The notes under the pieces are model-generated. The model saw only the letters and a list, made by a program, of their open reading frames with translations. It was not told where the DNA came from and ran no database searches. A program made the translations under genes and the position numbers. A stretch of DNA of 64,000 nt from positions 97-64,096 of the forward strand of contig JAZRHU010000074.1 in NCBI GenBank assembly GCA_045644945.1, read 5' to 3'. Each line of letters begins with the position of its first letter. The first letter of the stretch is position 1. Positions 9,244 to 17,930 of this stretch are shown piece after piece. This DNA comes from Candidatus Fimimonas sp. GTDB taxonomy: Bacteria > Bacillota > Clostridia > Christensenellales > CAG-314.

Positions 9244-9330
9244 AGATAGCTTTTGAGTCAATCATCCAAGTTTCTGTGATTGAGGTTTAACTGCAGTTTG
9301 CAAATTTACATGCAATTTGCAAGCATATTT

Positions 9331-9356
9331 TGCAAAAATCGGGGGTACGTGTTCTA
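9331..9356. repeat. ACGTG-core intergenic motif, degenerate copy
   Basis: tgcaaaaatcgggggTACGTGttcta; overlaps the rsmI stop. Confidence 0.5.
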
Positions 9357-10151
9357 TTTCTTGTCGGCAATGGTAAGTTTGTAGATGTCGTTTTTGGGAA
9401 CGTTGCGGTCCTTTGCTACTGCCTTGATGGCATCTTTTTGCGACATGCCACCCTTGATGTAGTAATCGAGGTGCTCTTGCACGGATAGCTCGCACAAGGC
9501 GTTTGTTTGGTTTTCCGCACGGTTTACAACAAGCACAAACTCGCCCTTGGTGTCGTCGATGACGTCGCTAAGATGGCAAAAACGCACACGTTCGTGGGAC
9601 TTGGAAAGTTCCTTTACAAGACAGCACTCGCGGTCGCCAAGGCGCTCGCAAAGGTAGGCCATGTTTTCTTGGATGTCGTGCACGGCCAAGTAGAAAATGG
9701 CAACGCCAACGGAGCCATCCAAAAGTTTTTCGCGGTCCTTCTTTTTTTCCGGCAAAAAGCCGTAGTAGGTAAAGGGTGGTTGGTAGCCGGAAAGCACAAA
9801 GGCGTTTACAAATGCGCTTGGGCCGGAAATAACTGTGTAAGGCAGGTTACGCTCCTTGAGTGCATTTACCAAAATGTTACCGGGGTCGTTGATACCTGGC
9901 ATGCCTGCATCGGAAATTAGCGCAATATCATCGCCACGCTCGGCAAAGGACAACACAAAATCCAAACTCATTTTTTCGTTGAATTTGTGGTAACTATACA
10001 GCGGTTTGCCTGTGATGCCGTAGTGGGAAAGTAGCACTTGCGAGTGGCGTGTGTCTTCGCAAAAGATTGCGGAAACGTTTTTTAGTGTTTCCACCGCGCG
10101 GTGTGTGATTTCCGCAAGATTTCCAATGGGTGTTGCAACAAGATATACCAT
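9354..10151 (-). CDS. rsmI: 16S rRNA (cytidine1402-2'-O)-methyltransferase
   Basis: MVYLVATPIGNLAEITHRAVETLKNVSAIFCEDTRHSQVLL is the tetrapyrrole-methylase-fold RsmI N-terminus. Confidence 0.9.
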   Translation of the reverse strand: MVYLVATPIGNLAEITHRAVETLKNVSAIFCEDTRHSQVLLSHYGITGKPLYSYHKFNEKMSLDFVLSFAERGDDIALISDAGMPGINDPGNILVNALKERNLPYTVISGPSAFVNAFVLSGYQPPFTYYGFLPEKKKDREKLLDGSVGVAIFYLAVHDIQENMAYLCERLGDRECCLVKELSKSHERVRFCHLSDVIDDTKGEFVLVVNRAENQTNALCELSVQEHLDYYIKGGMSQKDAIKAVAKDRNVPKNDIYKLTIADKK

Positions 10152-10171
10152 AATAGCTGTTCCTTTTGTTG

Positions 10172-10199
10172 ATTTTTTGGGGATACGTGGTTGATTTTG
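10172..10199. repeat. ACGTG-core intergenic motif copy
   Basis: attttttggggaTACGTGgttgattttg; fills the 52-nt gap between two minus-strand genes. Confidence 0.6.
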
Positions 10200-10203
10200 A
10201 GCA

Positions 10204-10941
10204 CTACTCTGTCAAGCCGTAGTAAGCTTTGGCTTGTGGGGTGTAGTTGCCGTGTTCGTCACAGATGTACATTGGCGCGTGCAAAATGCAGTCACTTTCT
10301 CCACCCTTCACACCACGCACAAGCACCAAATTGGGTTGACGATTGGGCGCAGGGCAAACGGGCAAAATCTCCTTGACGGCAATTTTGTTTTGGGCGCACA
10401 GTGCAACAATTTCCGCAGTTCTGCTTGCTTGGTGCACCAGGTACAAGTTGCCACGATTGTTCAAACACTTGGATGCCGATTGGATGATATCCGCCAATGT
10501 GGCGCAAATTTCGTGACGGCAAATGGCAAGGTTTTTGTCCAGTTGTTGCTCGCCACTGCCCACCTTGCGATATGGTGGATTGCACACAACAACGTCCGCT
10601 TTGCCACCTACCAATGTGTTGGCAAATTTCAAGTCGCAGTTGACAACTTCAATCACGTCCTGCAAATTGTTCAAAGCAACGCTTCTTGTTGCCATGTCGG
10701 CAAGCTGACTTTGTATTTCCAATGCCAACACCTTTTTGGGGTGCTTTTTGTGGGCAATCAAGATGGAAATAACGCCACTGCCCGTGCCAAACTCCACGCA
10801 AAACTTGCCGGACATATCCTTGCAAAAGTTGGCAAGAAGTACGGCATCGGTGGTAAAGCGATACTCGGTGGCGGACTGGATGAGTTGGAGCCCGTCGCAT
10901 TGCAAATCTTCAATTTTTTCGTTGGGAAGTAAGTTTGTCAT
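10204..10941 (-). CDS. Class I SAM-dependent N6-adenine methyltransferase (YabB/TrmN6-like)
   Basis: NPPY motif (VVCNPPYRKVGSG), SAM-binding VEFGTGSGVISI. Sits upstream of rsmI, as yabB does in Bacillus. Confidence 0.7.
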   Translation of the reverse strand: MTNLLPNEKIEDLQCDGLQLIQSATEYRFTTDAVLLANFCKDMSGKFCVEFGTGSGVISILIAHKKHPKKVLALEIQSQLADMATRSVALNNLQDVIEVVNCDLKFANTLVGGKADVVVCNPPYRKVGSGEQQLDKNLAICRHEICATLADIIQSASKCLNNRGNLYLVHQASRTAEIVALCAQNKIAVKEILPVCPAPNRQPNLVLVRGVKGGESDCILHAPMYICDEHGNYTPQAKAYYGLTE

Positions 10942-10944
10942 ATT

Positions 10945-11256
10945 TTAGAACCATCCACCTGTCAAAGAATAAGTCCAATAGAAAAAGATAAAATCTATTG
11001 CTAACAAAATAATGTTTGTCAGCAAGCAAACAAGCACGTTTTTAGTTTTTTTGTAGCCAACTATCCACGAAACAACTGTGAGATATATGGGCGAGATCCA
11101 TAACGAAGAACGACCAATAACCAAAGCGAAAAGAAATACCATCATCATCGATTCGTCAGCTAGCGACATAAAAGTGAAAAATGTTAATAAAACTGACCAC
11201 AATGGCAAAGCAAAAAATACTAAGGTTTTGATAAGTCCTTTTATTTTTGTCTTCAT
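10945..11256 (-). CDS. Small hypothetical membrane protein (3 TM)
   Basis: AT-rich with ATA/TTA codons; stop lies 3 nt before the next ATG. Confidence 0.5.
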   Translation of the reverse strand: MKTKIKGLIKTLVFFALPLWSVLLTFFTFMSLADESMMMVFLFALVIGRSSLWISPIYLTVVSWIVGYKKTKNVLVCLLTNIILLAIDFIFFYWTYSLTGGWF

Positions 11257-11289
11257 AGTTGGAGATTCCTTTTGTAAGTAGATATTTAA

Positions 11290-11775
11290 CTAGTCCACCA
11301 CAATAACCTTTTTGCCGATGGAAGTGAGGTATTTTTTGAAGTCGTCCAAGGTTAGCACTACTGTTGCGGTGTTATCGCAAGGGTGAAACTTGACGCGGTT
11401 GGCATTCCAAACACTTTCGTCAATGAGCAAAGGCGCCGAGTAGGTTGCCGTATCCTCGTTGAGATAGGCAAAGGGGGAAACGCTACCGCGGTGCACACCA
11501 AGGTCATTGAGTAGTTTTTCCTCGGTGGCGAACTCGAATTTGGCACATCCCACAAAGCTTGCAAGGTGGCGCATTTCCGCACGTTTGTCGAAAGGCAACA
11601 CCACAAGGTAAAAGTTGTCGCTCTTTTTGTCCTTGACGTACAAGCTTTTGCAAGACATGCAGTTGTCTACGTGTATCACTTGGCGAGATTCCTCGGTGGT
11701 TACCACCGCTTGATGGCGCAGTAGCTCGTAGGCCACGCCTATTGAGTTGAGATAGTTGGTTACTTTGGTTATCAT
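11290..11775 (-). CDS. YbaK/ProX-type aminoacyl-tRNA editing domain protein
   Basis: Size about 160 aa; motifs CKSLYVKDKK...LVVLP...GSVSPF...FHPCDNTATV are typical of the YbaK/EbsC family. Confidence 0.65.
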   Translation of the reverse strand: MITKVTNYLNSIGVAYELLRHQAVVTTEESRQVIHVDNCMSCKSLYVKDKKSDNFYLVVLPFDKRAEMRHLASFVGCAKFEFATEEKLLNDLGVHRGSVSPFAYLNEDTATYSAPLLIDESVWNANRVKFHPCDNTATVVLTLDDFKKYLTSIGKKVIVVD

Positions 11776-11886
11776 GATATTAAATAATTTGCAAATTGTA
11801 GTTTAATAGAATCATTATATCACATTTAACAAAAATGTTCTACACATTTGCAACAAAAAGAAAAAGTTCCGCATTTGGCGGAACTT

Positions 11887-11915
11887 CCACGGGACGTCGA
11901 GGACGTCGTCCCCCA
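11887..11915 (-). repeat. REP-like hairpin, variant head
   Basis: Minus strand ATGGGGGACGacgtcctcgaCGTCCCGTGG. Confidence 0.45.
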
Positions 11916-11933
11916 TAATATTGTTACAAAAAT

Positions 11934-11958
11934 GGCGGGAGGGCAACCCCTCCCCTAC
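11934..11958 (-). repeat. REP-like GTAG-headed hairpin
   Basis: Minus strand GTAGGGGAGGGgttgCCCTCCCGCC. Confidence 0.65.
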
Positions 11959-12027
11959 GGTTGTTCCCCGCCACAATCTCATAGACATAGCGATCAAATG
12001 GGTCTTGACAGAGCTTGTAAGCAAGAC

Positions 12028-12729
12028 CTAACTGCACAAATAATTCATCACACCGCTAAAAATAAGGTTGCAAAGGGTTTCGCGGTAGGTGTCCGTTTTG
12101 AGCTGTGCAAGGTCGTTTGCGTTGGAGAAAAATCCGCACTCCACAATGACGCTTGGGCAGGGCATTTCGCGACACATGTAGTAGTCGCCTGCGATTGCCT
12201 CGTGCTTGTTGCCTGTGTGGTTGTTGAAGGTTTGTTGCAAAGCTTTGGCAAGCTTTTCCCCTTCGGTTGCGCCCTTTTGGTAAAACACTTGTGGGCCACT
12301 GCGCGAAAGTTGTCCTGCAAATTGGTTCATGTGGATGCTAATCACGATGTTGGCATTGCAACCTTCCACCACCTTTTTGCGCGCTTGCATATCGCGGAGC
12401 TTGAAACCCTTGGTGGCAAGTCCGTAGAGCCCATCCTTGTTGGTGCGAGTGTACACCACGTTGAAACCACTGTCTGTTAGCATTTTGCCTAGCGTTTTGG
12501 CGTACTTCAAGTTAAGGTCGCTCTCCTTGGTGCCATCTGGCGCCACCTTGCCACCATCCATACCGCCATGGCCTGCATCAATAACAATTGTGTAGTCCAC
12601 CAGCGAAACGTCTTTTGAAAGTTGTCGCATACACAAAAAGAACACAAGCCCCGCTTGCAATGCCAAAATTAGCAACAAAACCGCCACAATACGGCTAGAT
12701 TTTACCGAAAACACCATAGTTTGCTCCAT
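12028..12729 (-). CDS. cwlD: Germination-specific N-acetylmuramoyl-L-alanine amidase
   Basis: N-terminal TM, IDAGHGGMDGG, ISIHMN, VIVECGFFSN: Amidase_3/CwlD pattern. Confidence 0.8.
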   Translation of the reverse strand: MEQTMVFSVKSSRIVAVLLLILALQAGLVFFLCMRQLSKDVSLVDYTIVIDAGHGGMDGGKVAPDGTKESDLNLKYAKTLGKMLTDSGFNVVYTRTNKDGLYGLATKGFKLRDMQARKKVVEGCNANIVISIHMNQFAGQLSRSGPQVFYQKGATEGEKLAKALQQTFNNHTGNKHEAIAGDYYMCREMPCPSVIVECGFFSNANDLAQLKTDTYRETLCNLIFSGVMNYLCS

Positions 12730-12819
12730 CTAAACTCCAAATGCAAAAGGGGCCTTTTGTAGCACCTTTATGACATGTTGGTGCGATTTTCGACACTTTT
12801 CGTGCAAAAATGCGCAAAG

Positions 12820-12883
12820 TTATACACTTATCCACAAAGTTATCCACAGTTATCCACAATTTAGGTGGACAACCTGTTCCACA
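12820..12883 (+). promoter_or_regulatory. DnaA-box cluster
   Basis: Three perfect TTATCCACA boxes at 12828-12836, 12840-12848 and 12850-12858. Three 2-mismatch boxes at 12820-12828, 12865-12873 (inverted) and 12875-12883. Confidence 0.75.
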
Positions 12884-13141
12884 AAGGTGTGAAACTGCAA
12901 CATTTGTTCTACATTGATAATGTATGCTTGTCTTTTTTGCAAAAGCACAAAGTTTTGCCAATGGTTTGTCGCAAAAAACGTAAAAATATGTCGCTATTTG
13001 TGTAATAGTAAAAAATACTTTTGAACGCTCCTATGTGTAAAATAGGTGCAAAAATGTTTGAGTTTTGGTGTCAAAACAAGGTGTAAAAAATCCATCAATT
13101 GGCAAAACTCATCTCAAAACCAAAAACAAGGAGCAAAAAAT

Positions 13142-14383
13142 ATGAGTTTTAATCCATTTAAGGAGCAACCACTAAAAAGCGCCAACGATTTTTACAGTTG
13201 GAAACAACTAGCATTGAAGCCCTACAACAAGTTTGACGTCGATCCCTACACACGCGTTCGCATCATTTTGGCAGCGGGTGCCGAGTTCGAGGCAGTTTGG
13301 TTTGGACATCAGTTCCACCGCCATTGCGACAACAACGACCTAAGGCGCGAGCTTGCCATAACCAGACGTCACGAACAGCAACAACAAAAGCGCATTGCCA
13401 GCTTGAAACCCATTGGCGAAGGCATCTTGGAGCACACCATTGGCTACGAGCAACTTGCCGTTGACCTTACCGCCATCTTTGCCCAACGCGAAAGCGACAA
13501 GTACGTGAAAATGGCAATGGACTTTGCGCTTTTGGAGGACTTCGACCATCTGTACAGATATGCCGACCTTTTGGAAATGGACAAGGGCATTGTTGCGGAA
13601 AAGCTTGTTGGTGGCTACACCGAGCTTATGCCTGGTCGCCCAACCATTGCCGAGCACCGCTTCCCAACTGACGACATCAAGCGGTACGTCAACTTTAAAA
13701 AGGCAAACAGCCTCACCAAGTTGGACATCAACATTTTGACGGCTGCCGAGCAACAAACAATGAACTACTACATGAACCAAGCCAACTTTTACCAAAACAA
13801 GATGGGCCGTCAACTTTACACAGAAATTGCCATGATCGAGGAGCAACACGTTTCCCTTTACGGCGGACTTAAAGACCCAAATTGCACCTGGCTAGAGGAA
13901 AACTTGATGCACGAGTACACCGAGTGCTACTTGTACTACAGTTTGTGGCAAGACGAAACCGACCCACTTGTAAAAAAGGTGTGGGAGCAACACTTCAATG
14001 ACGAACTATCCCACTTGCACAAGGCGGTGGAACTGCTCAACAAGTACGAAAACAAAGTGTGGGAGCAAGTCATTCCCAAGGGCGAGTTCCCCGAGCTACT
14101 CAAGTTCCGTTCCAACATCGACTACGTTCGCGAAGTGCTCAAAAACACAGTCAACCTTACCGGCGCTAGGGAAGACTACACGCCAGTTAGCGAAGTGGCA
14201 AACGACAGCAAATTTTTTGAATATCAAAGCCAAGTTAACGTCAAAGACTCAGACGTTGCTAGCCATTGCGTAATCACAAAGTACATTGCCGACAACAACC
14301 GCGACTACCGCTTTGAAACTGCCGAGCACCCCGTTGTGGAACTGCGCGACCGCAAGGTAGACAACACAACTGTGGGTAGATAG
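13142..14383 (+). CDS. Ferritin-like (di-iron four-helix-bundle) superfamily protein, function unknown
   Basis: ATG at 13142 after AAGGAG. Several ExxH/E...H motifs (EFEAVWFGHQFH, EEQH, DELSHLH). Confidence 0.45.
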   Translation: MSFNPFKEQPLKSANDFYSWKQLALKPYNKFDVDPYTRVRIILAAGAEFEAVWFGHQFHRHCDNNDLRRELAITRRHEQQQQKRIASLKPIGEGILEHTIGYEQLAVDLTAIFAQRESDKYVKMAMDFALLEDFDHLYRYADLLEMDKGIVAEKLVGGYTELMPGRPTIAEHRFPTDDIKRYVNFKKANSLTKLDINILTAAEQQTMNYYMNQANFYQNKMGRQLYTEIAMIEEQHVSLYGGLKDPNCTWLEENLMHEYTECYLYYSLWQDETDPLVKKVWEQHFNDELSHLHKAVELLNKYENKVWEQVIPKGEFPELLKFRSNIDYVREVLKNTVNLTGAREDYTPVSEVANDSKFFEYQSQVNVKDSDVASHCVITKYIADNNRDYRFETAEHPVVELRDRKVDNTTVGR

Positions 14384-14548
14384 TTTGGTGATATCGCACT
14401 AAAAAATTTGACACAGACGATATAAATCCACCTTGATAAATTCGAATACTTTTGCAAGCCAAATTTTCGTCAAATGAAATTTGAGTTATGCTATTGTTTT
14501 TTGTTGTTTTTGATGGAATTTAGCAGTGTTTTCCATAGTAAAACTACT

Positions 14549-14580
14549 GCAAAAACACACCACGTGGTGGCAAAAAATGC
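14549..14580. repeat. CACGTG-core intergenic motif copy
   Basis: gcaaaaacacacCACGTGgtggcaaaaaatgc. Confidence 0.7.
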
Positions 14581-14589
14581 AAAAATAAA

Positions 14590-14619
14590 GACACAGGAAC
14601 GCTCCTGTGTCTTTTGTTG
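14590..14619. terminator. Terminator between convergent genes
   Basis: GACACAGGAacgcTCCTGTGTC, then TTTTGTTG, preceded by an A-run. Confidence 0.75.
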
Positions 14620-14698
14620 TTTTGCTCAATTGTTAAATCTTATTTGTGACCTGATTGCTTGCATAGTTGCGTTACAAACAGGACACTTCGGGGTGTGA

Positions 14699-15145
14699 TT
14701 ATTTGTGAATATACAATCTCGATGGGCCGTCGGCACTATCTACCATACAGAAAAAATCCCAACCATATCTTTCGTAAAAGCCAACGTGGTCGGTCACAAG
14801 GTAAACTGGGCTAATGCCCTTGGATTGCAAATCCTCTACCGCCATGTTCAAGAGATTGCCGGCAATTCCGTTGCCACGATGTGCGTTTTCGGTGTAGACA
14901 GCGCAAATGTTGGGAGTCAAATCCTTTCGATTGTGGAAGTCGTTTTGGATAACGCCAAGGCAACCAACAATTTGATCGCAACACAAGCAAAGATACCAAC
15001 CAAGTTCCGTTTGGCCGTTTAGGTATGCTTGCATGCACTCGACGTACGCTTCCGTTGGCACTCCCCACTTGGAGGAAAACCACTTGGCCGATTGCTCCAT
15101 CAACTGTGGCTGTTCGCGCAGGGTTATGTAGGTGTAGTTATTCAT
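14699..15145 (-). CDS. GNAT family N-acetyltransferase
   Basis: Start moved to ATG 15145 (MNNYTYITL), 1 nt after the pepT stop. HRGNGIAGNLL acetyl-CoA loop. Confidence 0.75.
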   Translation of the reverse strand: MNNYTYITLREQPQLMEQSAKWFSSKWGVPTEAYVECMQAYLNGQTELGWYLCLCCDQIVGCLGVIQNDFHNRKDLTPNICAVYTENAHRGNGIAGNLLNMAVEDLQSKGISPVYLVTDHVGFYERYGWDFFCMVDSADGPSRLYIHK

Positions 15146-15146
15146 A

Positions 15147-16364
15147 CTATCTATCCTTGTAGATATCCACAAGGTTAAGTGCAACTTCGTAGGCTTTGTA
15201 CATGTCTTCCAAAGGAATGTACTCGTAACGTCCGTGGAAGTTGTAGCCACCGGTAAAGATGTTGGGGCAAGGAAGACCTTCGTAGCTCAAGCGTGCGCCA
15301 TCGGTGCCACCACGGATTGGGCAAACGTGAGGTGTTACGCCTGCGCGTTCCATTGCAAGTTTGGCATTGTCCACCAAGTGGATGTGTGGAGCAACCTTTT
15401 CCTTCATGTTGTAGTAGCTATCCACAATTTTCACGTCAACTGTGCCAGCGCCATGTTTTGTGTTGAGAAAATCCACAATTTGTTGGAAAAGCACCTTTTT
15501 AGCCTCGAACTTGGCTCTGTCGTGGTCGCGAATGATGTATTGAACAACAGCTTGTTCGCAATCGCCATTGATATCTGTAAGATGGAAGAAGCCTTCGTAG
15601 CCTTCGGTGTACATTGGGTTGTCGAAAGCGGGGAGCAAGCTTTGTAGTTCCATTGCAATCAAAACCGCGTTTACCATCAAGCCTTTTGCTGAGCCTGGGT
15701 GAACGGACTTGCCGTGGATAACCACCTTTACGCCAGCAGCATTAAAGTTTTCGTATTCCAATTCGCCAAGGCCACCACCATCGATTGTGTAGGCGCCATT
15801 TGCACCAAAGCGTGCAACATCAAAGAAATCGGTACCACGTCCCACTTCTTCGTCGGGAGTGAAGGCAATTTTGATTTCGCCGTGTGGGATTTGTGGGTTA
15901 GCAACAAGTGTTTCCGCAAGGCGCATGATAACTGCCACGCCAGCTTTGTCGTCAGCACCCAAAAGTGTTGTGCCGTCGGAACTGATGATGGTTTTGCCAA
16001 CGTGAGCGGAAAGACTTGCAAACTCGCTTGGGGAAAGCACACGACCTTCGGCAAGGGGGATATCTTTGCCATTGTAGTTGGATGTGATGATGGGTTTTAC
16101 ATTTGCGCCACTAACTGCGCTGGACGTATCCACGTGCGCGATAAAACCAAGTTTGTAGGTGCTAGTTGTGTTGGCAGGGATTGTTGCATAAACGTAGCCG
16201 TTTTGTTCGTCCATTTCCGTTTGGATGCCAAGGGCTTTGAGTTCGTCACGCAAAAGTGTGAGCAGATCAAATTGCTTGCGACTGCTTGGATATTGTTCCA
16301 CATCGGGAACGGATTCGGTATCGATTGCTACATATCTAAGAAAGTTTTGAAGTAGTTTGTTCAT
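15147..16364 (-). CDS. pepT: Peptidase T (tripeptide aminopeptidase, M20B)
   Basis: Start at ATG 16364 after AAAAGGAA. MNKLLQNFLRYVAIDTES, HVDT, GADDKAGVA motifs. Confidence 0.85.
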   Translation of the reverse strand: MNKLLQNFLRYVAIDTESVPDVEQYPSSRKQFDLLTLLRDELKALGIQTEMDEQNGYVYATIPANTTSTYKLGFIAHVDTSSAVSGANVKPIITSNYNGKDIPLAEGRVLSPSEFASLSAHVGKTIISSDGTTLLGADDKAGVAVIMRLAETLVANPQIPHGEIKIAFTPDEEVGRGTDFFDVARFGANGAYTIDGGGLGELEYENFNAAGVKVVIHGKSVHPGSAKGLMVNAVLIAMELQSLLPAFDNPMYTEGYEGFFHLTDINGDCEQAVVQYIIRDHDRAKFEAKKVLFQQIVDFLNTKHGAGTVDVKIVDSYYNMKEKVAPHIHLVDNAKLAMERAGVTPHVCPIRGGTDGARLSYEGLPCPNIFTGGYNFHGRYEYIPLEDMYKAYEVALNLVDIYKDR

Positions 16365-16415
16365 GGTTATTTCCTTTTTTGGGGATTGAAGTTGTGCAAT
16401 ATAGTTTTGTGTTTT

Positions 16416-16440
16416 GCGGACGACCAAAGGTCGCCCCTAC
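16416..16440 (-). repeat. REP-like GTAG-headed hairpin
   Basis: Minus strand GTAGGGGCGACCtttGGTCGTCCGC. Confidence 0.6.
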
Positions 16441-16454
16441 GAATTTAAATCCAC

Positions 16455-16485
16455 TTTGCCGTCAAAAAACGCAGGGATTGTGAGA
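16455..16485. repeat. 31-nt direct repeat, copy 1
   Basis: tttgccgtcaaaaaacgcagggattgtgaga. Confidence 0.9.
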
Positions 16486-16626
16486 AAGTCATAAAGTCGC
16501 TCGAACAATAAATGGGTGTTTAGCGTAGCGATTTGACGAATAAAACGCAAACAAGAACCACATTGTTGCGAAGGAGCATACCTGGAAGGTCTGTGACTGA
16601 ACAAAATGTGGGAGATTGTGCAGTGT

Positions 16627-16659
16627 TTTGCCGTCAAAAAACACGCAGGGATTGTGAGA
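16627..16659. repeat. 31-nt direct repeat, copy 2 (2-nt insertion)
   Basis: tttgccgtcaaaaaacacgcagggattgtgaga; abuts the stop of the HD gene. Confidence 0.9.
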
Positions 16660-16664
16660 GCGAC

Positions 16665-17252
16665 TTAACCTCGGTCTTCGTCGATGTAGGTGGCAAGGAT
16701 GTCCGCAGTGTGGAGGTAAAGTGCAAGTTTGTACTTGGCGTAGGCATCGCTCAACGCGTAGCTTCCACCCTTGACGCGCTCGTCAAAACCGCCCATGTGC
16801 CAGTTGATTGCCATTGCTTCTTCCGCTGTCAACTTGATAAATTGGCTGGCAATAAACACAGATTTTTCGCCATGGCCGTAGGGGAAACGCTCGGCAACCT
16901 TGTAGAAAGGTTGTTGCACCCAAGTGCCGTTTTCCTTGACGTTGCGCATTTCAATTGCGTAGTAGTTGACCTTGCAAAGGTCGTGGAGTAGGCCACAAAT
17001 GGCAATTGTTTCGTCCGAGAAGGTCTTGTTGTACTCTTCGCCCAAATCGGCCTTGATTAGCTTTACAAGGCGGTTGTAGACGTTGATGGAGTGGTAGCAA
17101 AGGCCACCCTCCTCCGCCGCATGAAATCTTGCTGATGCAGGCGCTGTAAAAAAGTCGTTGGAAACAAGGTAGTCCAACAATTTGTCGGCACCATCGCGCT
17201 TGATGTGCGTTGTGTACAATGCGATAAATTCGTTTTTGAAAGTTTCAATCAT
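16665..17252 (-). CDS. HD-domain metal-dependent phosphohydrolase
   Basis: H...HD signature (RFHAAEEGG...GLLHDLCK), about 195 aa. Confidence 0.7.
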   Translation of the reverse strand: MIETFKNEFIALYTTHIKRDGADKLLDYLVSNDFFTAPASARFHAAEEGGLCYHSINVYNRLVKLIKADLGEEYNKTFSDETIAICGLLHDLCKVNYYAIEMRNVKENGTWVQQPFYKVAERFPYGHGEKSVFIASQFIKLTAEEAMAINWHMGGFDERVKGGSYALSDAYAKYKLALYLHTADILATYIDEDRG

Positions 17253-17567
17253 GTGTTACTCCTTTGGCAAAACATTGCAAAAATTTAGCAAAATTTTGTG
17301 GCCTGCCTGATACATACAAGCATTTGATAGCACTATTATATACCATTAGCTACAAATTTTCAATAAATATACGGATATTTCCGTAAAATTGATAACAATG
17401 CCTGTTTGCATGCAAAGCAAAGCGCCAAACAAAACCCTGTTGAATGGCACTTCGACATGTAACAAAAAACTTTTGCGCAAGTTGCAAACTGCGTTGTAAC
17501 ACTTTTTTGAGAAAAACCATATTGTGAATTAGACTGTGAAAGTCAAAACTAATTGGAGGTATAAAAA

Positions 17568-17795
17568 ATGTTCAATGGATTGTTCAATGATGGCCCAGGC
17601 CCAGACTGTGGTCACAACCAAACACCTTGTGGCGGTTGCAACTGCACGTGGATTTTGCTCATTTTGTTGTTTGTTTGTTGCTGTGGTGGCAAGATGAGAA
17701 ACTTTAACCTTTGCATCAACCCAACTTGCCTAATTTTGATGGGCGCATTGCTTTTCTGCTGTGGTGGCGTAAAAATTGGCGACGGTTGCAAATAA
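17568..17795 (+). CDS. Small Cys/Gly-rich membrane peptide with internal duplication
   Basis: SD GGAGG lies 8 nt upstream of the ATG, and a terminator follows. Two halves each hold a hydrophobic helix ending in CCCGG or CCGG. Confidence 0.6.
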   Translation: MFNGLFNDGPGPDCGHNQTPCGGCNCTWILLILLFVCCCGGKMRNFNLCINPTCLILMGALLFCCGGVKIGDGCK

Positions 17796-17817
17796 CACGC
17801 TTACATAGGAGACCAAA

Positions 17818-17843
17818 GGGGGAACGAAAGTTCCTCCTTTTTT
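17818..17843 (+). terminator. Rho-independent terminator
   Basis: GGGGGAACgaaaGTTCCTCC followed by TTTTTT. Confidence 0.8.
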
Positions 17844-17900
17844 GCAACAAAAAAGCGGAAGAAACGTTGTCTTCCGCCGTTATTTTGTAGTTAGATTTGC

Positions 17901-17930
17901 GCAAAAACACACCACGTGTGCGCAATTTTT
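17901..17930. repeat. CACGTG-core intergenic motif copy
   Basis: gcaaaaacacacCACGTGtgcgcaattttt. Confidence 0.7.

Noticed and set aside
11848-12480. 210-aa plus-strand ORF
   Set aside because: Its 5' part is translated REP-like hairpin sequence (GGQPLPYG...), and the rest is antisense to cwlD.
12695-12961. 88-aa minus-strand ORF
   Set aside because: It spans the DnaA-box cluster and overlaps the cwlD 5' end out of frame, with no SD.
12730-13141. Chromosomal replication origin (oriC) at the DnaA-box cluster
   Set aside because: No dnaA, dnaN or rpmH is nearby, and gene orientation does not switch here; minus-strand genes dominate on both sides. I kept it as a DnaA-box cluster finding, because origin function cannot be excluded without whole-genome skew.
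14474-14698. 74-aa plus-strand ORF in the ferritin-like/GNAT spacer
   Set aside because: It has no SD and runs through a CACGTG motif copy and a terminator hairpin, so it is a spurious intergenic ORF.
16455-16659. Possible miniature CRISPR array (two 31-33-nt direct repeats)
   Set aside because: There are only two repeats, the spacing is about 141 nt (far longer than any spacer), the repeat has no palindromic core, and no cas genes are in the window.
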